A stretch of DNA of 64,000 nucleotides from the human T2T-CHM13v2.0 reference genome, Homo sapiens. Numbering within the stretch: the stretch's first letter is position 1; the number at the start of each line of letters is the position of its first letter. A program made the translations under genes and the position numbers. Location of the stretch: the NCBI RefSeq assembly GCF_009914755.1, contig NC_060944.1, one strand, 5' to 3'. The notes under the pieces are model-generated. The model did no database searches, was not told where the DNA came from, and saw nothing but the letters and a program-made list of their open reading frames with translations. Positions 1 to 14,885 of this stretch are shown one piece after another.

Positions 1-199
1 TACAGAAATCCTGTCTTGTTCTCCCTTCATTCCCAGTACCTAATATAAAACCTTGCATATATTAGAAGCTCAAAGGAATGGTTATCTAAATTTTTACCCT
101 ATAAAGAAAATACATTATTTTTAAATGTCTATCAGTGTAATGGCTACAAAGTTTAATTGCATATATAGATATCAATATAACCTTAATTAATTCTATCAT

Positions 200-720
200 G
201 TGGGAATTGTGCGACCTACATGCTTTCACCATACCATAATAAAACTAAAAATACAATAAGGATAAAATAACCATAGCTAAATCTAACTAACTGGAAATCC
301 AAAAACCTTGTTTTTAATAATTCTTGGAGAGGAGACAAAAGAAAAGATTAAAGAGTACAATTAAAAACATTTTATAAATTAAAGAACATTATGTATCAAA
401 ATCAACTGCATAAGTCTAAAATTGTCCTCAGAAAAAAGTATAGTCTAAAATGCTTTCTATTATTAAGCAAGAAAAATTAAAATAAATTAATTAGGTATTC
501 AAGAAAAGAAGCTGAGGGTAAAAAGCACTAAAATGAACACAAAGTTAATTAGAGTTGAACTAATCAAGATAAAAACAATATTGGAGATAAAAAGGAAAAA
601 GAGAAAATTATTCAAACACACTAATTCAGCCGATAATCTGTTGTCAACTGCACAAAAGGAAATAAAACATAAACAGGTATTAGAAATAAAATCTGGCATC
701 TAAACAAAGGGAGGAAAATA
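200..720 (+). mobile_element. Ancient L1M ORF2-like remnant
   Basis: A-rich degenerate sequence resembling the L1 ORF2 region following the endonuclease. Confidence 0.4.
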
Positions 721-899
721 AATTTAATTGCAGGAGAGTCTTTTTTAGCTAACATTTCCTCTTTGCTTTTTCTAGACATGTCTAAGAGCCAAGCTAAGCA
801 GGAAAGTTTCATGACAGTTCACACAATGGTTTTCCTATATAGGCAAAGATGTCAACTTTAAAACGGCCTCAACAATGCCTGAAAAATCCTGCCAAGTTT

Positions 900-2030
900 C
901 TCTGTCTGGTCCTCAATGACAAGGCTTCTACATTTTCCCACTGGGCCTTCCCAACTCCCTGCCAACTTCCTCCTATCAATAGCCTGACCTTCAACTTCTC
1001 AGAGAAAAGTGCAGCGACATTACCTTTTAATGTGTAAGCCCTTTAAGATCTTATACTCTGTTATTCACAGAGGCATCTCAAGTACCTCAGACAGTGCCTG
1101 GCTCAAAGTTACTACTGAAAATACATTCGAGGAGTGAAGGGATATCAGATCTGCACCCATCTGCATTCATTCCCTCTCCACCCTCTTCCATTTCAAGGGG
1201 AGCAGTGCCTCTCTTCCCAACCATGGCCAAGACTTCAACCCCTGCCTGAACTCCTATCCTTTCCCAGCTTCTCAGGAGTATTATATTGACAGTTAAACTT
1301 TTTTGCTTTATTATTTACACTCTAAATCTAATTCTTCCCAATAGTTTCTCATTTAAAACATAACTTAAGTCTTCTCATTTAAAACATAACTCCCCTCAGA
1401 CCAACATCTTCTCTCCACCTTTTATCGCTCTCCTTCTTGTCAACTTCACGGATTTCCTGAAGAATTGTTTACATTGGCCTCCATATACCTTGGATCTCTG
1501 TGTATCCAAGTGGTAGCGGCATTTCATTTTGAAGAATAAAAGCAAAATGTGTTTCAATTTTTCTTTCTTCCCTGTGACTTCATTGAAATTGTTCTTGTCA
1601 TGAATGGTCTATCTGAGCACATATCCAAAGATTATTTTTTCACAAGTCATCAAATATAAGCCTTAGTCCCCATTTGGAGTTGTTAACAGTCCCCTCCTTC
1701 TTAAAGTACTATCTTCCCCTTGCTTTAGGAAACCATACTTTTCTGGTTTTCCACCTACCTCTTCAGAATCTTTTTCTGAGTTCATTGCAGATTCATTCTC
1801 TTTTCCCCAGCCAGTAAATATAAATGGTCAGCAAGGCATTTACTCTCCCAGTTTAGTCTTGCTCAAGTATTACAACTCAGAGTTTTAAGGACTACCTACA
1901 AGCAAATGACTTAGAGTTTTAGCAACAGTTCACGTCATCTCTCTGACCTCCACACCTGGATATACAAGTGCCTTCCTCCATCCTTGCATATTCACTACAA
2001 ATCCCCTCAAATTCAAAATCTTTGAGAATG
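900..2030 (+). mobile_element. L2 fragments
   Basis: Pyrimidine-rich L2-like motifs, e.g. ctatcttccccttgctttaggaaaccatacttttctggttttccacctacctct. Confidence 0.55.
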
Positions 2031-2142
2031 TTGTCCTAGCCAGGTGAATAACAAAAACAAACAGCAACAGCAAAAACAGTTTATCTACTATTTACAACAT
2101 ATCTGACACCAAATTTGTAAGGTTTCTTTTTCATACCAACCA

Positions 2143-2525
2143 CTTGTTTGAATGATGGTATTCCCTCTCAAATTTATTTTGAAACATAATTGTCAATGCA
2201 ACACTATTGAGAGGTGGTGTGGCCTTTAGGAGGTGATTAAGTCATGAGGGGTCTGCCCTGATGAATGGAATGAGCATCCTTATAAAAGGATGCTGGGTTG
2301 AAGGGAGGGCTCTCTTACTCTTCTGCTTTTCACCACATGTGGGCACAGCAGATACAGCAACAAGGCACCATCTTGGAAGAAGAGATTGGGCCCTTAGACA
2401 CCAAAACAGCTGACACCTTGATCTTTAACTTCCCAGCCTCTAGAATTGTGAGCAATACATTTCTATTGTTTATAAATTACCCAGTTTGAGGTATTTTGCT
2501 ATGGCAGCCAAAACAGACTAAGACA
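2143..2525 (+). mobile_element. MaLR solo LTR (MST/MLT1A-type) nested in MER21
   Basis: gtggcctttaggaggtgattaagtcatgaggg ... ttctattgtttataaattacccagt ... cagactaagaca typical MaLR LTR end. Confidence 0.8.
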
Positions 2526-3360
2526 TCAACCAATTCTCCAACTCTGGGGACACCAACTGAGTTTGAATTTTGACATTAACTACCCATATTTACTGTAGAC
2601 CCCCCAGGTTAAGGACTCAGTCCCTCAGGTCTTCTGTCAATTTTATACACCAACTGCAAGTCCCAGGTTGTTGTCCTGTACTTCTAATCAACTGGCTATA
2701 AATTAAGGGTTCCCAGACTTCCCACATCAGGTTAGATAACTTGTTGAATGTCTCACAAAACTCAGGGAAATATTTACTTATGTTTGCCAGTTTGTTATGA
2801 AAGATATTCTCAAGGATCCAGAAAAACAGCCAGAAGAAGTCCATAGAGCAAGATCTGAAAAGGTCTTGAAAGCAGGAGCTTCTGTCCCTATGGAATTGGA
2901 GTATGCCACCCTCCTGGCATATGGTCTCTTGTACCAACTTGATAGCTCTCCAAAATCCATCCTTCAGGGTTACAGAGGCTTAATTAGGTATGATGGATTA
3001 AGCCGTTGGCTATTGGTGATTAAGACAGTCTCCAACCCTTGTCCCCTCCCCAGAGGTCAGAAAGTAAGGTTAAAAGTTCTAACTCTCTAATCATGTCTTG
3101 GTCTTTCTGGTGACCAGCCCCGTTCCTAAAGCTATCTAGGAACCTCTGCCATCAGTCATCTCATTAGCATAAAAAAAGACACTTTTATTTCTCTCTGGAG
3201 ATTCCAAGAGTCTTAGAAACTATTCTATAAGAAGCCAGGGACTAAGATAGAATATTATAACAACAGATGTTCCTCACTCCCTACCATCTTCTAAAGGATT
3301 TTAGAAGCTCTGTGCCAGGAACCTGGAAGAGATTAAATATATATTTCTTCTTGCATCATA
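2526..3360 (-). mobile_element. MER21-family LTR (continues at ~2090-2140 left of the MaLR)
   Basis: Reverse complement of MER21 motifs (ggactcagtccc, tcccaggttgttgtcctgtacttct, aactggctataaat, ggttccc). Confidence 0.7.
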
Positions 3361-4161
3361 CCAAGTCAGTTCTAAATCAAATGATATAGAATGAAAGTAG
3401 AAGAGCTTAATCCTTCTGACTGCATTTAAATTGGCCTACAAAATATTGCATATGCCTTCAGGTAAGTTGCACACTAGCAGTATTAAGAACAAATAAACTG
3501 ATATTAGTGATATTGATAAATTAATATTAACAAATTTTTTAGTCACAAAGCAGATCTCACTGACATCAATTTTGGGAAAGATTTCCATCAGGAGCACGAG
3601 AGAAGGTTAGTGGAAATCTATACAACCCTCACTCCCCATGTTTTATCCTTCACTAAGTTCTGTAGCTTGTTTTACTTCCATAGGCTTCTTGCTCCTTAAA
3701 GTTCCAGCGTGCCTTTTATTCCACTCTCAGCTCATAACTCATTTATTTTAATGCCAAAATTGAAGCACCCTAAAACACTCTTTAAGTTCCCACCACTTTA
3801 ACAAATTTAGAAGCAAAAGGGCCCATGCATCCTGGTTTCTTTTCTGCTAATTAAAGATAAAGTTTCTCCTCCTCTCATCTAAGATAAACCCTCTGCTTGT
3901 GCCTTGGATATTCGCAATTTCTCTCTCTCCTGCATCCTGTCTTTACCCTCCTCACAATTGAATCATTCCCTTCAACATTCAAACATATCGTAATTTCTCA
4001 CAACTTAAAAATGTTTTCTGGGTTCCAATTTCCATTTCTGGTAGTATGTCAGTTTTGTTCCCCTTTGTACTAAAGCTTTGCGAAAAAAAAAGTCTCCTCT
4101 TTCTCTATACTGCCTTTAATTTCTCTTCTTCTTCTCTTGAGCCATCAGAATTAGACTTTCA

Positions 4162-4465
<304 letters not shown>

Positions 4466-4499
4466 TCATTCAGCCCCATCATGCCAACCAAACTGCCAT

Positions 4500-5560
4500 C
4501 TCTAATGTAGAGTTCAGGAAGCAGAGCAACATCCAGAAAAAGAAGCTGAAAAGGGCATGCCAATGTGATAGGAGGAAAACCAGAATAATGTGCTGCCCTA
4601 GAAATCAATGAACAAAAGTAATTCAAAAGGAAGAAAATGATGGCCTGATTCAAATGCTGCTGAAGATAGAATAAGATGAGGACTGGAAAATGGCCATTGG
4701 ACTGGACAATCTGGAGGTCACTACGACCTTGATAAAAGTGAATTCCACAGAGACACTGAAATGAAAAGCTTAATAAATGGGCTCAAAAGAGAATGGGAAG
4801 TGAGGACTGTAAGAGTCCCCAAGATCACAATACTCAGGGAGAACGCACAATGCTCAGCATATAGTTGTATTTACAGTTATGATTTATTGCAGGAAAAGGA
4901 CACAAAACAAACACAATTGGCAAAAGGAAGACGTGTAAGGAGTGAAGTCTAGGGGGAAATCAGGCATGGGCTTCCAAGTGTTCTCTCTCAGTAGAATCAC
5001 ATATTTAATTCCCCCAGCAATGAGTTGTGAGAAGTTTTACCAACTAGAGAATCTCATTAGAGTCTCACAACCCAAAGGTTTTATCGGACACTGGTTATGT
5101 GGACAGTCTTTGACTGATGCATACCAAAATTCCAAACTCCCAGAGTGACAGTAGGTGTCTGACATGAACCATATTGTTTATGTAAGCAGTTTGTATACAA
5201 TGAACCACTCTTATGGTTAATGGTGGTGGAGACTCTCCTGAAATCCAAATTCCATTATAAGCAGGCCATTTAAAGTCAGGCTTCTCATATAAACTCTTTT
5301 CTGCACAAGGAGAGAGAGTAAGCAGGCAGAAACTACTCTTCTGATGAATTTTGATACAAAAGAGATAAATCAGACGGAAGTTGGAAAGAATATAGAATGT
5401 TAAAAGGATTTTATTTTTTATTTCATCTTATTTTTAATATGAGTGAGTTTACCGGATGTTTGCATGATGACAGGAATGATACAGTAGAAGAGGAAATTTG
5501 GTGAGGCAGGACAGAGTGGGATATTTGAGTGGAAAAGGAGAATGGGATTCAGCTCAGAAT
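4500..5560 (-). mobile_element. L2 fragment interrupted by the LTR at 4808-5307
   Basis: aaatgctgctgaagatagaataagatgaggactggaaaatggccattggac L2 antisense motif; resumes after 5308. Confidence 0.6.
4808..5307 (-). mobile_element. MER68/MER77-like LTR
   Basis: Ends aactcttttctgcaca (rc TGTGCAGAAAAGAGTT); flanks aggac/aggag resemble a 5-bp TSD. Confidence 0.65.
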
Positions 5561-5574
5561 TAAAACATAAGCCT

Positions 5575-5896
<322 letters not shown>

Positions 5897-7401
5897 TTAC
5901 GAGGGAACAGGGTAAGTTCACCCATCATGTAAGTAATTATGATTGTCAATAGACATAATAAATATGTGTCTACTTTAGTTATAAATTGTATTAACAAGAG
6001 AGTTTTGTATGGTCACAACTAATATGATTAAGTAGACAAAATCAATAGCTATCCTATTTCAAAAATCTAATGGGAAAGAAAAGATCATCATTCACGGTAT
6101 CAGTAGGAAAAATACACTTATTTGGTATATGGAGAACTTATATGAAAAATGCTGTAAAATATCACTAATGGCATAAAATAGAGAAGAATAAGTGGAGAAA
6201 CATATCAATCAATGTTCTTGAAAAGAAAGACTAAATATTGTAATAGAGTATTTTCTCCTCAAATTAATTTAATCAAATGTACTCATTCAAATCAAAACTA
6301 ATTTCACAGTGAGGAAGGTTAAAATAATGATTTAAAACTTTTTATTAACTAAATTATCCTCAAGTTATCTGAATCAAATTAAGTTTACTGATTCACATCA
6401 AAATTAACTGGATTTTATAGAAGTAAAGTAAGTACTAAAATTTTTCCTCAATGTTATTTATTTTGTATTATACAAATAATATATATTAATTGTAGGAAAT
6501 TTTAAAATACAAATAAGAATGTTTTAAAAAACGCAAAATACAACTATCTGGAAATGTAAGACCCAGGAACAGCCACTTCCTCTTTATATTTTATTGCATG
6601 TTTTTCCAGGCTTTTCTTAGGCTTGCAGTCCTTGACATGCCTGGTTCCAATATGCAAAACTTTCTGTTGCCATAGTTCAGTTATAAGTCAGTCCCCCATT
6701 AAGAAGTTTGAAATTTCAGTTACTGCATTATGTTAACTGTGAGTAATTGCATAAACTACAAACTTTACTTCTTGCTCTTCTGTCCACCAATCCCTTTGCA
6801 CATAACATATGCACCTCAAAAATCAGTGACCAAAGACAACACCTCTTTCAAAGTCTGTCGGTAATTAGTCACTGCACATTTGTTATTCAGCTCAGACACA
6901 GACAGCAAAGCTTATAGCTGTGTTGCCTCTGTGTCTCCCAGTGATAAACCCATGTAACATTTTATAAAAATGAATAATTGAAAGAGAGAATTGACCAATA
7001 AAGTGAAAGATCAGCAAAAAAACAAAAAGTCGTCATGTCGGAAGTGCAATTCAAATAGAATGTAAATGGAATTATAGAAGAAATAGCTAACTCTGGGAAC
7101 ACTGGTACTGTTGCCACTGGATAGGAGCTTAGTGGAGGCAAGCGTATAGACATGAATGAGGAGTGTAGTTGTGACAGGAAGGACGAAGATGTCCCAGAGA
7201 CGGTGATGCCAGTAAAAATACTTGAATTAAAGAAACTCACAGAGATATTTCATGACATTGAAAGGGCAAAGGATTTCATGTTGGAAGCCCATCCAAACTT
7301 AAAGGGAATATGACCATTGGCCAAGGCATAGAAAAGATGCTTGCTCCATATCATAAGTTATATGACCTGAAGGCAGGCACTATTTAAACTACCCTTCATA
7401 A

Positions 7402-7702
<301 letters not shown>

Positions 7703-7779
7703 TATGATTTTTATTAATAAATAAAACACTTTAATTCCTAATGCTTCTAATGTGTTATATTAGAGGATATTAAACAGAC

Positions 7780-8170
7780 ACGGTCATGCCCTGTGTAATG
7801 ACATTTTGGTCAACAATGTACCGCAATGATGGTGGTGCCACAAGATTATAGTGGAACTGAAAAATTCTTGTCACCCAGTGACATCATAGCCATTGTACCA
7901 TTACCATGTACTGCAGCACACTACATTTTCTATGTTTAGATACACAGATATGTGCCATTGGGTTACAACTGCTTACAGTACTCAGTACAGTAGCATGCTG
8001 TACAGGCTTGTAGCACAGGAGCAATAGTCTATATCATACAGCTTAGGTGTATAGCAGGCTATACCATCTAGGTTTGTGTAAGTACACACCATTATTTTCA
8101 AACAATGATGAAATTGCCTAAGGAGGCATTTCTCAGAATGTATTCTCATTGTTAAGCCGCACATGACTGT
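7780..8170 (+). mobile_element. Tigger3a-like (Golem/MER7) element
   Basis: TIR-like ends cggtcatg... / ...catgactg followed by TA; internal gtttgtgtaagtacacacc...gcatttctcagaatgtattctcattgttaagc. Confidence 0.75.
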
Positions 8171-8289
8171 ATTAGGTTTACTAGTATTTCATTTCTGTTT
8201 ATAACTTAGATAGTAAGAAACAATTTGTGTAGTCATTTTTACAGTGTTACACTACCATACCAAACAAGGGCTGCCAGTATATAGGATAT

Positions 8290-8360
8290 TCTTTCCTTCT
8301 TTCTCTTTCCCGCTCTCTTTCTCTCTTTCTTTCTTTCTCTCTTTCTCCTTCTCTCTGCTT
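8290..8360. repeat. CT-rich simple repeat
   Basis: ctttccttctttctctttcccgctctctttctctctttctttctttctct. Confidence 0.8.
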
Positions 8361-8872
8361 CATCTCTTGACCATTTCATAATAGTATAAGTACTTTAACA
8401 AAAATGGGGCCATAAGAAAACCATTGTTTTAAATTCTACTTTATTTGTTTCACATATAATACATTACTTTCACATTAACAAATATAAATAAACATCATTT
8501 TACATTCAGTAAATGCAGACTATTCCACTGATTGGACTGTGCCAAAACCCATTCAACTATTCTCCCATTAATAAACATTTAAATTATTCCTTTTGTTTAC
8601 TAGCATGGGCAGAACAGCAAAGAGCTTTCTAGAAGCTTAATTGCTGAATCAAACAGTATATGTATGTATTTTTAAATTTGATACATACTGTTGAACATAT
8701 TACTAAACTGAATTTCCAAAAGTTACCCCAATTTACACTTCCAGGAGTGAAGAAGAACCCAACACTCAGAATCCATATCAACAGTAGTTATTTTTAGTCT
8801 TTTTAATCATTGATAATCTGATAAGTAATTTTTTGCATTTTTTAATTGAATTGTTTAACTGAATTAAATTTG

Positions 8873-9702
8873 TGTGGTGTCATGATATATATGTTGGTTT
8901 TTATCCACAGTTCCTGGCTCCTAACTTCTACAGTACTTTCTATACTCTTGAGGCACTTTAGGCCTCAGGAAACAGAATCTCTCATTCTGGCCTTCTCCTG
9001 ACTTTCTTTCACCTGCCCAAGGCAGGACTCTAATCTGATTGTGAGTCAAAAGACCCTCATTTCAGAGAGTCCTGCCCATAGTCTAGAGAAGGGAATGCTG
9101 CATGGAGAGACCTAGAGGAATCTGAACAGACAGGTCTTTCTGGGTTTAGATCATACTGTTTTTGTCCAATCACATTTTGACACAGTTGCTCATGCTTCCA
9201 TCATGGACAACTGATGAAGCCTCCATAAAAGGCCCAAAGGACAGGATTTGAGGAGCTTCTGGATAGCTGAAGATGTGGAGCTTCCTGGAGGGTGTGTACC
9301 AATGCATCTCTTTATCTGTATCCTTTGCAGTATCCTTAATAATAAACTGGTAAATGTAAGTTCTGTGGGCCATTCCAGCAAATTAATTGAATCCAAAGAA
9401 GGGATAGTGGGAAATCCAACTTGAAGCTGGTCGGTCAGAAGTTTTGGAGGCCCAGACTTGAGACTGGGGGGAAAGAGGGGATGGTCTTGTGGGACTGAAC
9501 CCTTAACCTGTAGGATCTGATGCTATCTCTGGGTAGATAGTGTCAGAACTGAATTGAAGGACATTCATGTGGTATCCACTGCTTGGTGTGTGGGAAAAAA
9601 AAAAACCCCATACCTTTGGTCACAGAGGTCTTCTGTGTTGATGATTATTGTGATGTGAAAGCAGAGGACAAATTTAGTTTAGGAGAGTTTTTCCACAACA
9701 CA
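8873..9702 (+). mobile_element. MER21A-like solo LTR
   Basis: TG...CA ends; cacctgcccaaggcaggactctaatct, aataaactggtaaatgtaag, gggactgaacccttaacctg. Confidence 0.75.
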
Positions 9703-11296
9703 ATGTGTATTGGAGCAAAATTAAGAGACCGTAGCAAATTTCTGTTTTCCATTGAGAAGCATAAAATTTTAGGTCATATGGTTTAAAGTTATTCATATTC
9801 AAATAGACTGTTCTGCAGTTCTTCAAAGACAGCTTTTATAGAATCTGATGTTATCTCAGCCTTTACAGACTAGAAAATAGGGGCTACCAGAAACAGAATA
9901 CAAGTTTTAGATTCCATGAATTGTTCTTTTTACTGACCTGTTTGCCATAGAGGTCTAGGCATTCATAGTAATCCACTTGGATGTTGTTGTACGCTAAAAA
10001 TGCTTCCAACATTGGAATCCCTAGAAAACAAAGCAGGGATTGACACATACTGATTTTGACATTGACTTTCTATCAAGAGTAAAAACGTAACACTAAAAGT
10101 GGGCAGAGGTAAGGAAAAAACCCAAGCTAAACTAAAAGTGAGCAATAAATCAAATTTACTTAAATATCAGAGTTAATTATCAACTTTATTACAACAAAAA
10201 CTTCAAAGTTTAGCAATAATTTTATATTTATTCTGTGATAAAATGATGCCCTTGCTATTTATGAGGCTTGGGTAGCATAGCAGATTTTTAGTAGTTGAGA
10301 AAATTTTAACACTGGGAGTGTTCAAATTTCCAAGTTTTCTTGAATCATCAAAAGTTCTGATAAGATGAGACCTCTCATTCCTACATGACAAATATAGGCA
10401 GGAGCTGAAAAGTAACTGCTTCCTTTACTAAAGGGCAAATTTAATAATGTCTAACTTACCTTCTTTATTCAATTATATTGCCTGCCTACCCTTTGCTTAA
10501 GAAAATAAATCAATCTCGAGCTTCCTTACAAATTTATATTACTAGGAGAAGGAAAAGAAAACTCATTATGGAGCCTGATTAGCATATCAATTATACTTCA
10601 AAGGGACAGCAAATAAGCTTTATCATTCTCTGTAGACATTTTATTTCAGGAAATTATTTTTTTTCTTCAACATTGTTCTGCTAAGTTCTTTCCAACTACC
10701 TGACCAAAGAGATGACCTAATGCTGACATACCCTGAGTTAATGTGCTGTTTAGGGGTTACACAGGTTTCCACAGACGTTTCCATAGTCCTAATGAAAGCA
10801 TTTATCCAACTTGATGTCACTGGACTCTGCTTTGCAGCTGAGAAACTTAGTCCTTTTATGTATCAGCCCCACAAATACCAGCTCCCTTTTCCCTAAGAAG
10901 AGGGTATATGTAATCTGCCTAAAGGCGCTCTCAATATTTTGTAGGTAAATGTCAATGTCCTCTGAGAAGGTTATGCTCTTCTACTCCAGTTGTAAATTAT
11001 TTGCTTCAGAATTGACTTGGCTCTGAGAAAATTCTTAAAATGTATGTTTTAGATAAGTAAGTAAACTTATAGCCCTTATTCCTTTCTACCCCCAAGTAAC
11101 CTTCAAATTCTCAAAAGAAGGAAATAAAGAAAGACAGGGTACAAAAACATTTAACCAGCCAGCAGGAGGATGGTCCTCCTCTAACCTTTACCCTTGATCT
11201 TGCTGAGGTAGGACCCTTCGTGCCCAGGCATAACACACACTGTTGGAACTGTGCTGAATTTCTCAAGATTGCATTTACCCCCCAGCTTCTGCACAC

Positions 11297-11454
11297 TCCC
11301 TCCTCCTCCTCCTCCTCTTTCTCCTCCTCCTGCAACTGCTGCTGTTCCTTCTCTTCTTCTCCTTCTCATTTTCCTCCTCCTTCTCCTTCCTCTTCTTGTT
11401 TTTCTTCTCATCCTTCTCCTTCTCCTCCTTCTTCAACTTCTCCTTCTTCTCCTT
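11297..11454. repeat. (TCC/TTC)n polypyrimidine tract
   Basis: About 155 bp almost purely C/T on the + strand. Confidence 0.9.
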
Positions 11455-12179
11455 GAAATGAGGATCACGTAAGTTTATTCCTGTACCTACTCACAAAAAA
11501 ATCACCATGAATTCCAAAAAAATACAAAATTGGTGTGTTGTTTTGGTCACTTAGTTATCACAAGTTACAGTTACTATCAGTGTTGTGATTTGCCAAAAGG
11601 ATGAACATTTCTTGTTAAAGCTCTGCAAATAACAAAGTACAATCTTCTTACACTACCATTCCATTTCTAGAAAAATCAGTCTATGCTAAAACCATGCAAA
11701 ATGTGTAATTTGTGTGGATATGTAAAATGGGGTTAGGTTCTAGGTTAACGTAAGTGGTTTTTTTGCCTCAATGAATGTCTGGTGGAATATTTGATTGCCA
11801 TGCTACTGGGGACTTTTTCACTGTGTGAGGATGAAAACATCTACATATTTGTCTCTAGCCTATTAAATGACACTGTTACCTCCCATTCTTTTGACAACCA
11901 CTAAAGCCTCTGAAATTTTTTGAGACATGCCCTAGGACTGAGCAGTATTTCTCTGTTGAGAATGATTGCCCCAGACTTTCTCATTAACAATAGCTGGAAA
12001 ACCCCCTTCATCCCAATTTCAAGGGTTCTACTCTCTCAGTGGATATTACCTCTCTCTAGGCCATTTCCTACTACCTTGGTACTGGCAATTCTTTAATTCC
12101 AATAGGACCTACAATTCAGTAAACACACTGCCTCTTCACTGTCCCTCAAACTCCTCATGTCCCTCCTCACCCAATTTAA

Positions 12180-12590
12180 AATCCATTTGTTTCTTACACT
12201 TTGCACCTGGGAACTCCTTCCAAAGGCTGCCCCTGAGCTCTGCAACCACTTTCCCCATTGATAGCAAGCTAGAAGTGCCTGGGAGTATGGCGTGTTCGCC
12301 ATAGGCAGCCCATAGCCAAAGACTGATTGGTCCCAGAGTGTAAAAGCCTCGTTCCTTTGCTCCAAGGCTTGACAAGGCCTAAGGTGTAATTTATTCTCCA
12401 GAACTCCCCCACTGAATCAAGGCAAAGCAGGGAGTTCACCTGTAATCACAGCATTGTGTAGCTTATTCTCCTTCCTTGCTCTGCTTCCTTCACTCCTTTG
12501 CTGGTCTCTCCTGGGGAACATCTCTTTGTTAATAATTTGAACATGACTATTCATCCCAAAGCCTGCTTCTGGAGAATCCAACCAAAGATA
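12180..12590 (+). mobile_element. LTR16-family LTR
   Basis: 3' end gcctgcttctggagaatccaaccaaagata; ctctgcttccttcactcc motif. Confidence 0.6.
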
Positions 12591-13299
12591 CTGAACAGAA
12601 TAACACAAAAGCTCACTTCTGAAGGTAGTTGGCAGGACTTCAAGGAATGGTCTTGCACTGCTTTGCAAAGCTGAGACAATGAGCACCTGGAATCTTAACT
12701 CATCTCTCCCTGAGTCTATCTGCCCGGAGTTAGTTATGTTACCCTAATCTTTCTTAGGTAAGGAACCCTTGGAAGATAAGCACATCCCTCAAAGCAACCA
12801 TCACTGAGCAAAGACACTGTGCTGGCCCAGCCGTTTCTGTAAGAAGATTCTAGAACTCTAATTTTGAGTCTTATTTATTTTACAAATATTAGAGAGAATA
12901 AAAGATAGTTAGCTGGTTTCTCATTAAGGAAATAGAATTCATTATGGCAATGAACAGAGGCAAGAACAATCTAGGGTTAGAATGTTGTTTCTCAGCTCCC
13001 CAAAATGAATGCTTGTTAATTAAGTCCAATCACTCTTTTCTCAATGATATCGTAGCACATTGTGTGTTCCTTAATAAAGTCTCTTGTTTTGATTCTGTGA
13101 CATACAGCTAATTTTTACTAATTGTCAGAGGTCTTTATCTTCATCATCTTTATAGATGCTCCACAACGACTAACTTCTTGGTTTGCCCAAAGTAAGCTCT
13201 CAGTAAATGTCAGTCTGTTGACTGACTCACATAGTGATTGGCTGAATATCCTTTTCATGCTCCTGTTGTGGGAGGGTATAACTCTCTTATTCATCAAGT

Positions 13300-14065
13300 C
13301 AATCACATTCTCCCATTAGCACTAGTAAGTGTATGTCATATCCACCCTTATCTCTCACTTCATCCCTCCTGTCATAGCCCAGGATCAGGGATAGGGTATA
13401 TCTCACCCAAACTCTTGAAATTCCAGCCCTGTTGTCCTCCCTGTCACTGATCATTTTCAGCTCCAGTCCAACTTCCTTATTGTGGTCTGATTCTAAAATC
13501 AGAGCATGCCATTCATGTAAACCCTTTAGTGCTCCCTACGCACCTCTCTAACTTCATTTCCCATCACACCTATGATCCTCATAAATTCCACCTTTACTGA
13601 ACAACGTCCAAACATGCCACCTCTCCCAGAGGCATTTCCACAGGCCATTGCCTCGAATTGGAATGTGCACCCCCTTCCTGTGAGCCTGGGAACACCCCCT
13701 CCCCCCAGTTCCTTTCAGCTCCAAAGTGCCTTCTTTGAAATCTTCTTACTTCTCTAGGAAGGCCCATAAAAACTCACTTTCATTGGCACATATCTCCAAT
13801 GTAGTTCTCCAGATATTGTAAGGAAATTTCTGTTTGGAAGTGTTTTTCACCCATAGACTGTGAATTCCTCCATGGAGGAGGTTGTCCCCATTCTAATTTG
13901 CATTCCTGGAACTTAGTAATGACAGGTTAAGGGAGTTTTGTACAGAGAAGGTACTCAATTCATTCTGGTGGAAGGCAGGGAAGAATAAGGGTTGACTAGC
14001 CATTTCTTGAGAACTTCATTTATTCATTCATTCATTCAATCTTCATTCATTCATTTGTTCATTTT
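13300..14065. mobile_element. L2 fragments with (TTCA)n tail repeat
   Basis: L2 3' motifs (tagactgtgaattcctccatggagg) and ttcattcattcattca at ~14020-14060. Confidence 0.55.
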
Positions 14066-14479
14066 GATTATTCTTTTATTGGGTGATTCCTAAAAATGGG
14101 TAGAGTATTATAATGGAAGCTCCTGAGAGGCCTAATATCATAAAGCATGAGGCCACTTGTCAGAGCCAGAAACGCTGAAAGCCAAGATCACTCATCTCAG
14201 GATTTTGCTTAGAGCCAACCATGTGAATATAATAAAAAGAATAATATAAATAATAATAATAATAATAGCAAGATCTCACATGTATATATCACTTAACAGT
14301 TTTGAAGCACTTAAGTGTTTTCAATCTATTTATTACATTTTAAACCATTAGGAAAATTTGGGAGAGGCTTCTGGGTTATAATCACCCCCGTTGTATTGAC
14401 AGCAGAACTGATTACATGACTTGTCTCAGTTTACTTGTGTGATGGAGTGTGAAAATAGTCCAGTTTTTCACCCATTTTT

Positions 14480-14885
14480 TGTGCCTATGGTTCTGGCTAG
14501 ATAACTTTGCAATACTCCTACTCGGACTCTGGCTCCAGCCACATGACTTTCTTCGGTCCATGGAATGTCAGTGAGTCTTGAAGAGACCCTGTACAACTAG
14601 GCTTGCTCACTTTTGCCCTCACCGTAACCATGGAAAGGACCTGACCAGGCTATCCTGCTGTTAACAGGGAAGAAAGAAAACTACCTACAGCAGAGACCAG
14701 CCACATCAGTCATCCCAATCAAGGCTAAGAGTCCAGATATATGAGTGAACCAGCCAAGACTAGAAGAGCTGCCCAGATGACGCTGGACTAAATCACCAGC
14801 CCTCAGAGTCATTAGTTAACTGTATCTTATTGTTTTAAGTCACTTAATTTTGAGGTGGTTCTTTATAAAATATTATTGTGACAAT
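14480..14885 (+). mobile_element. MLT1-type MaLR LTR
   Basis: gactctggctccagccacatgactttcttcggtcca ... ttgttttaagtcacttaattttgaggtggtt. Confidence 0.6.

Noticed and set aside
11111-11472. Poly-Glu/Arg/Ser/Leu ORFs
   Set aside because: Translations of the TCC/TTC low-complexity tract
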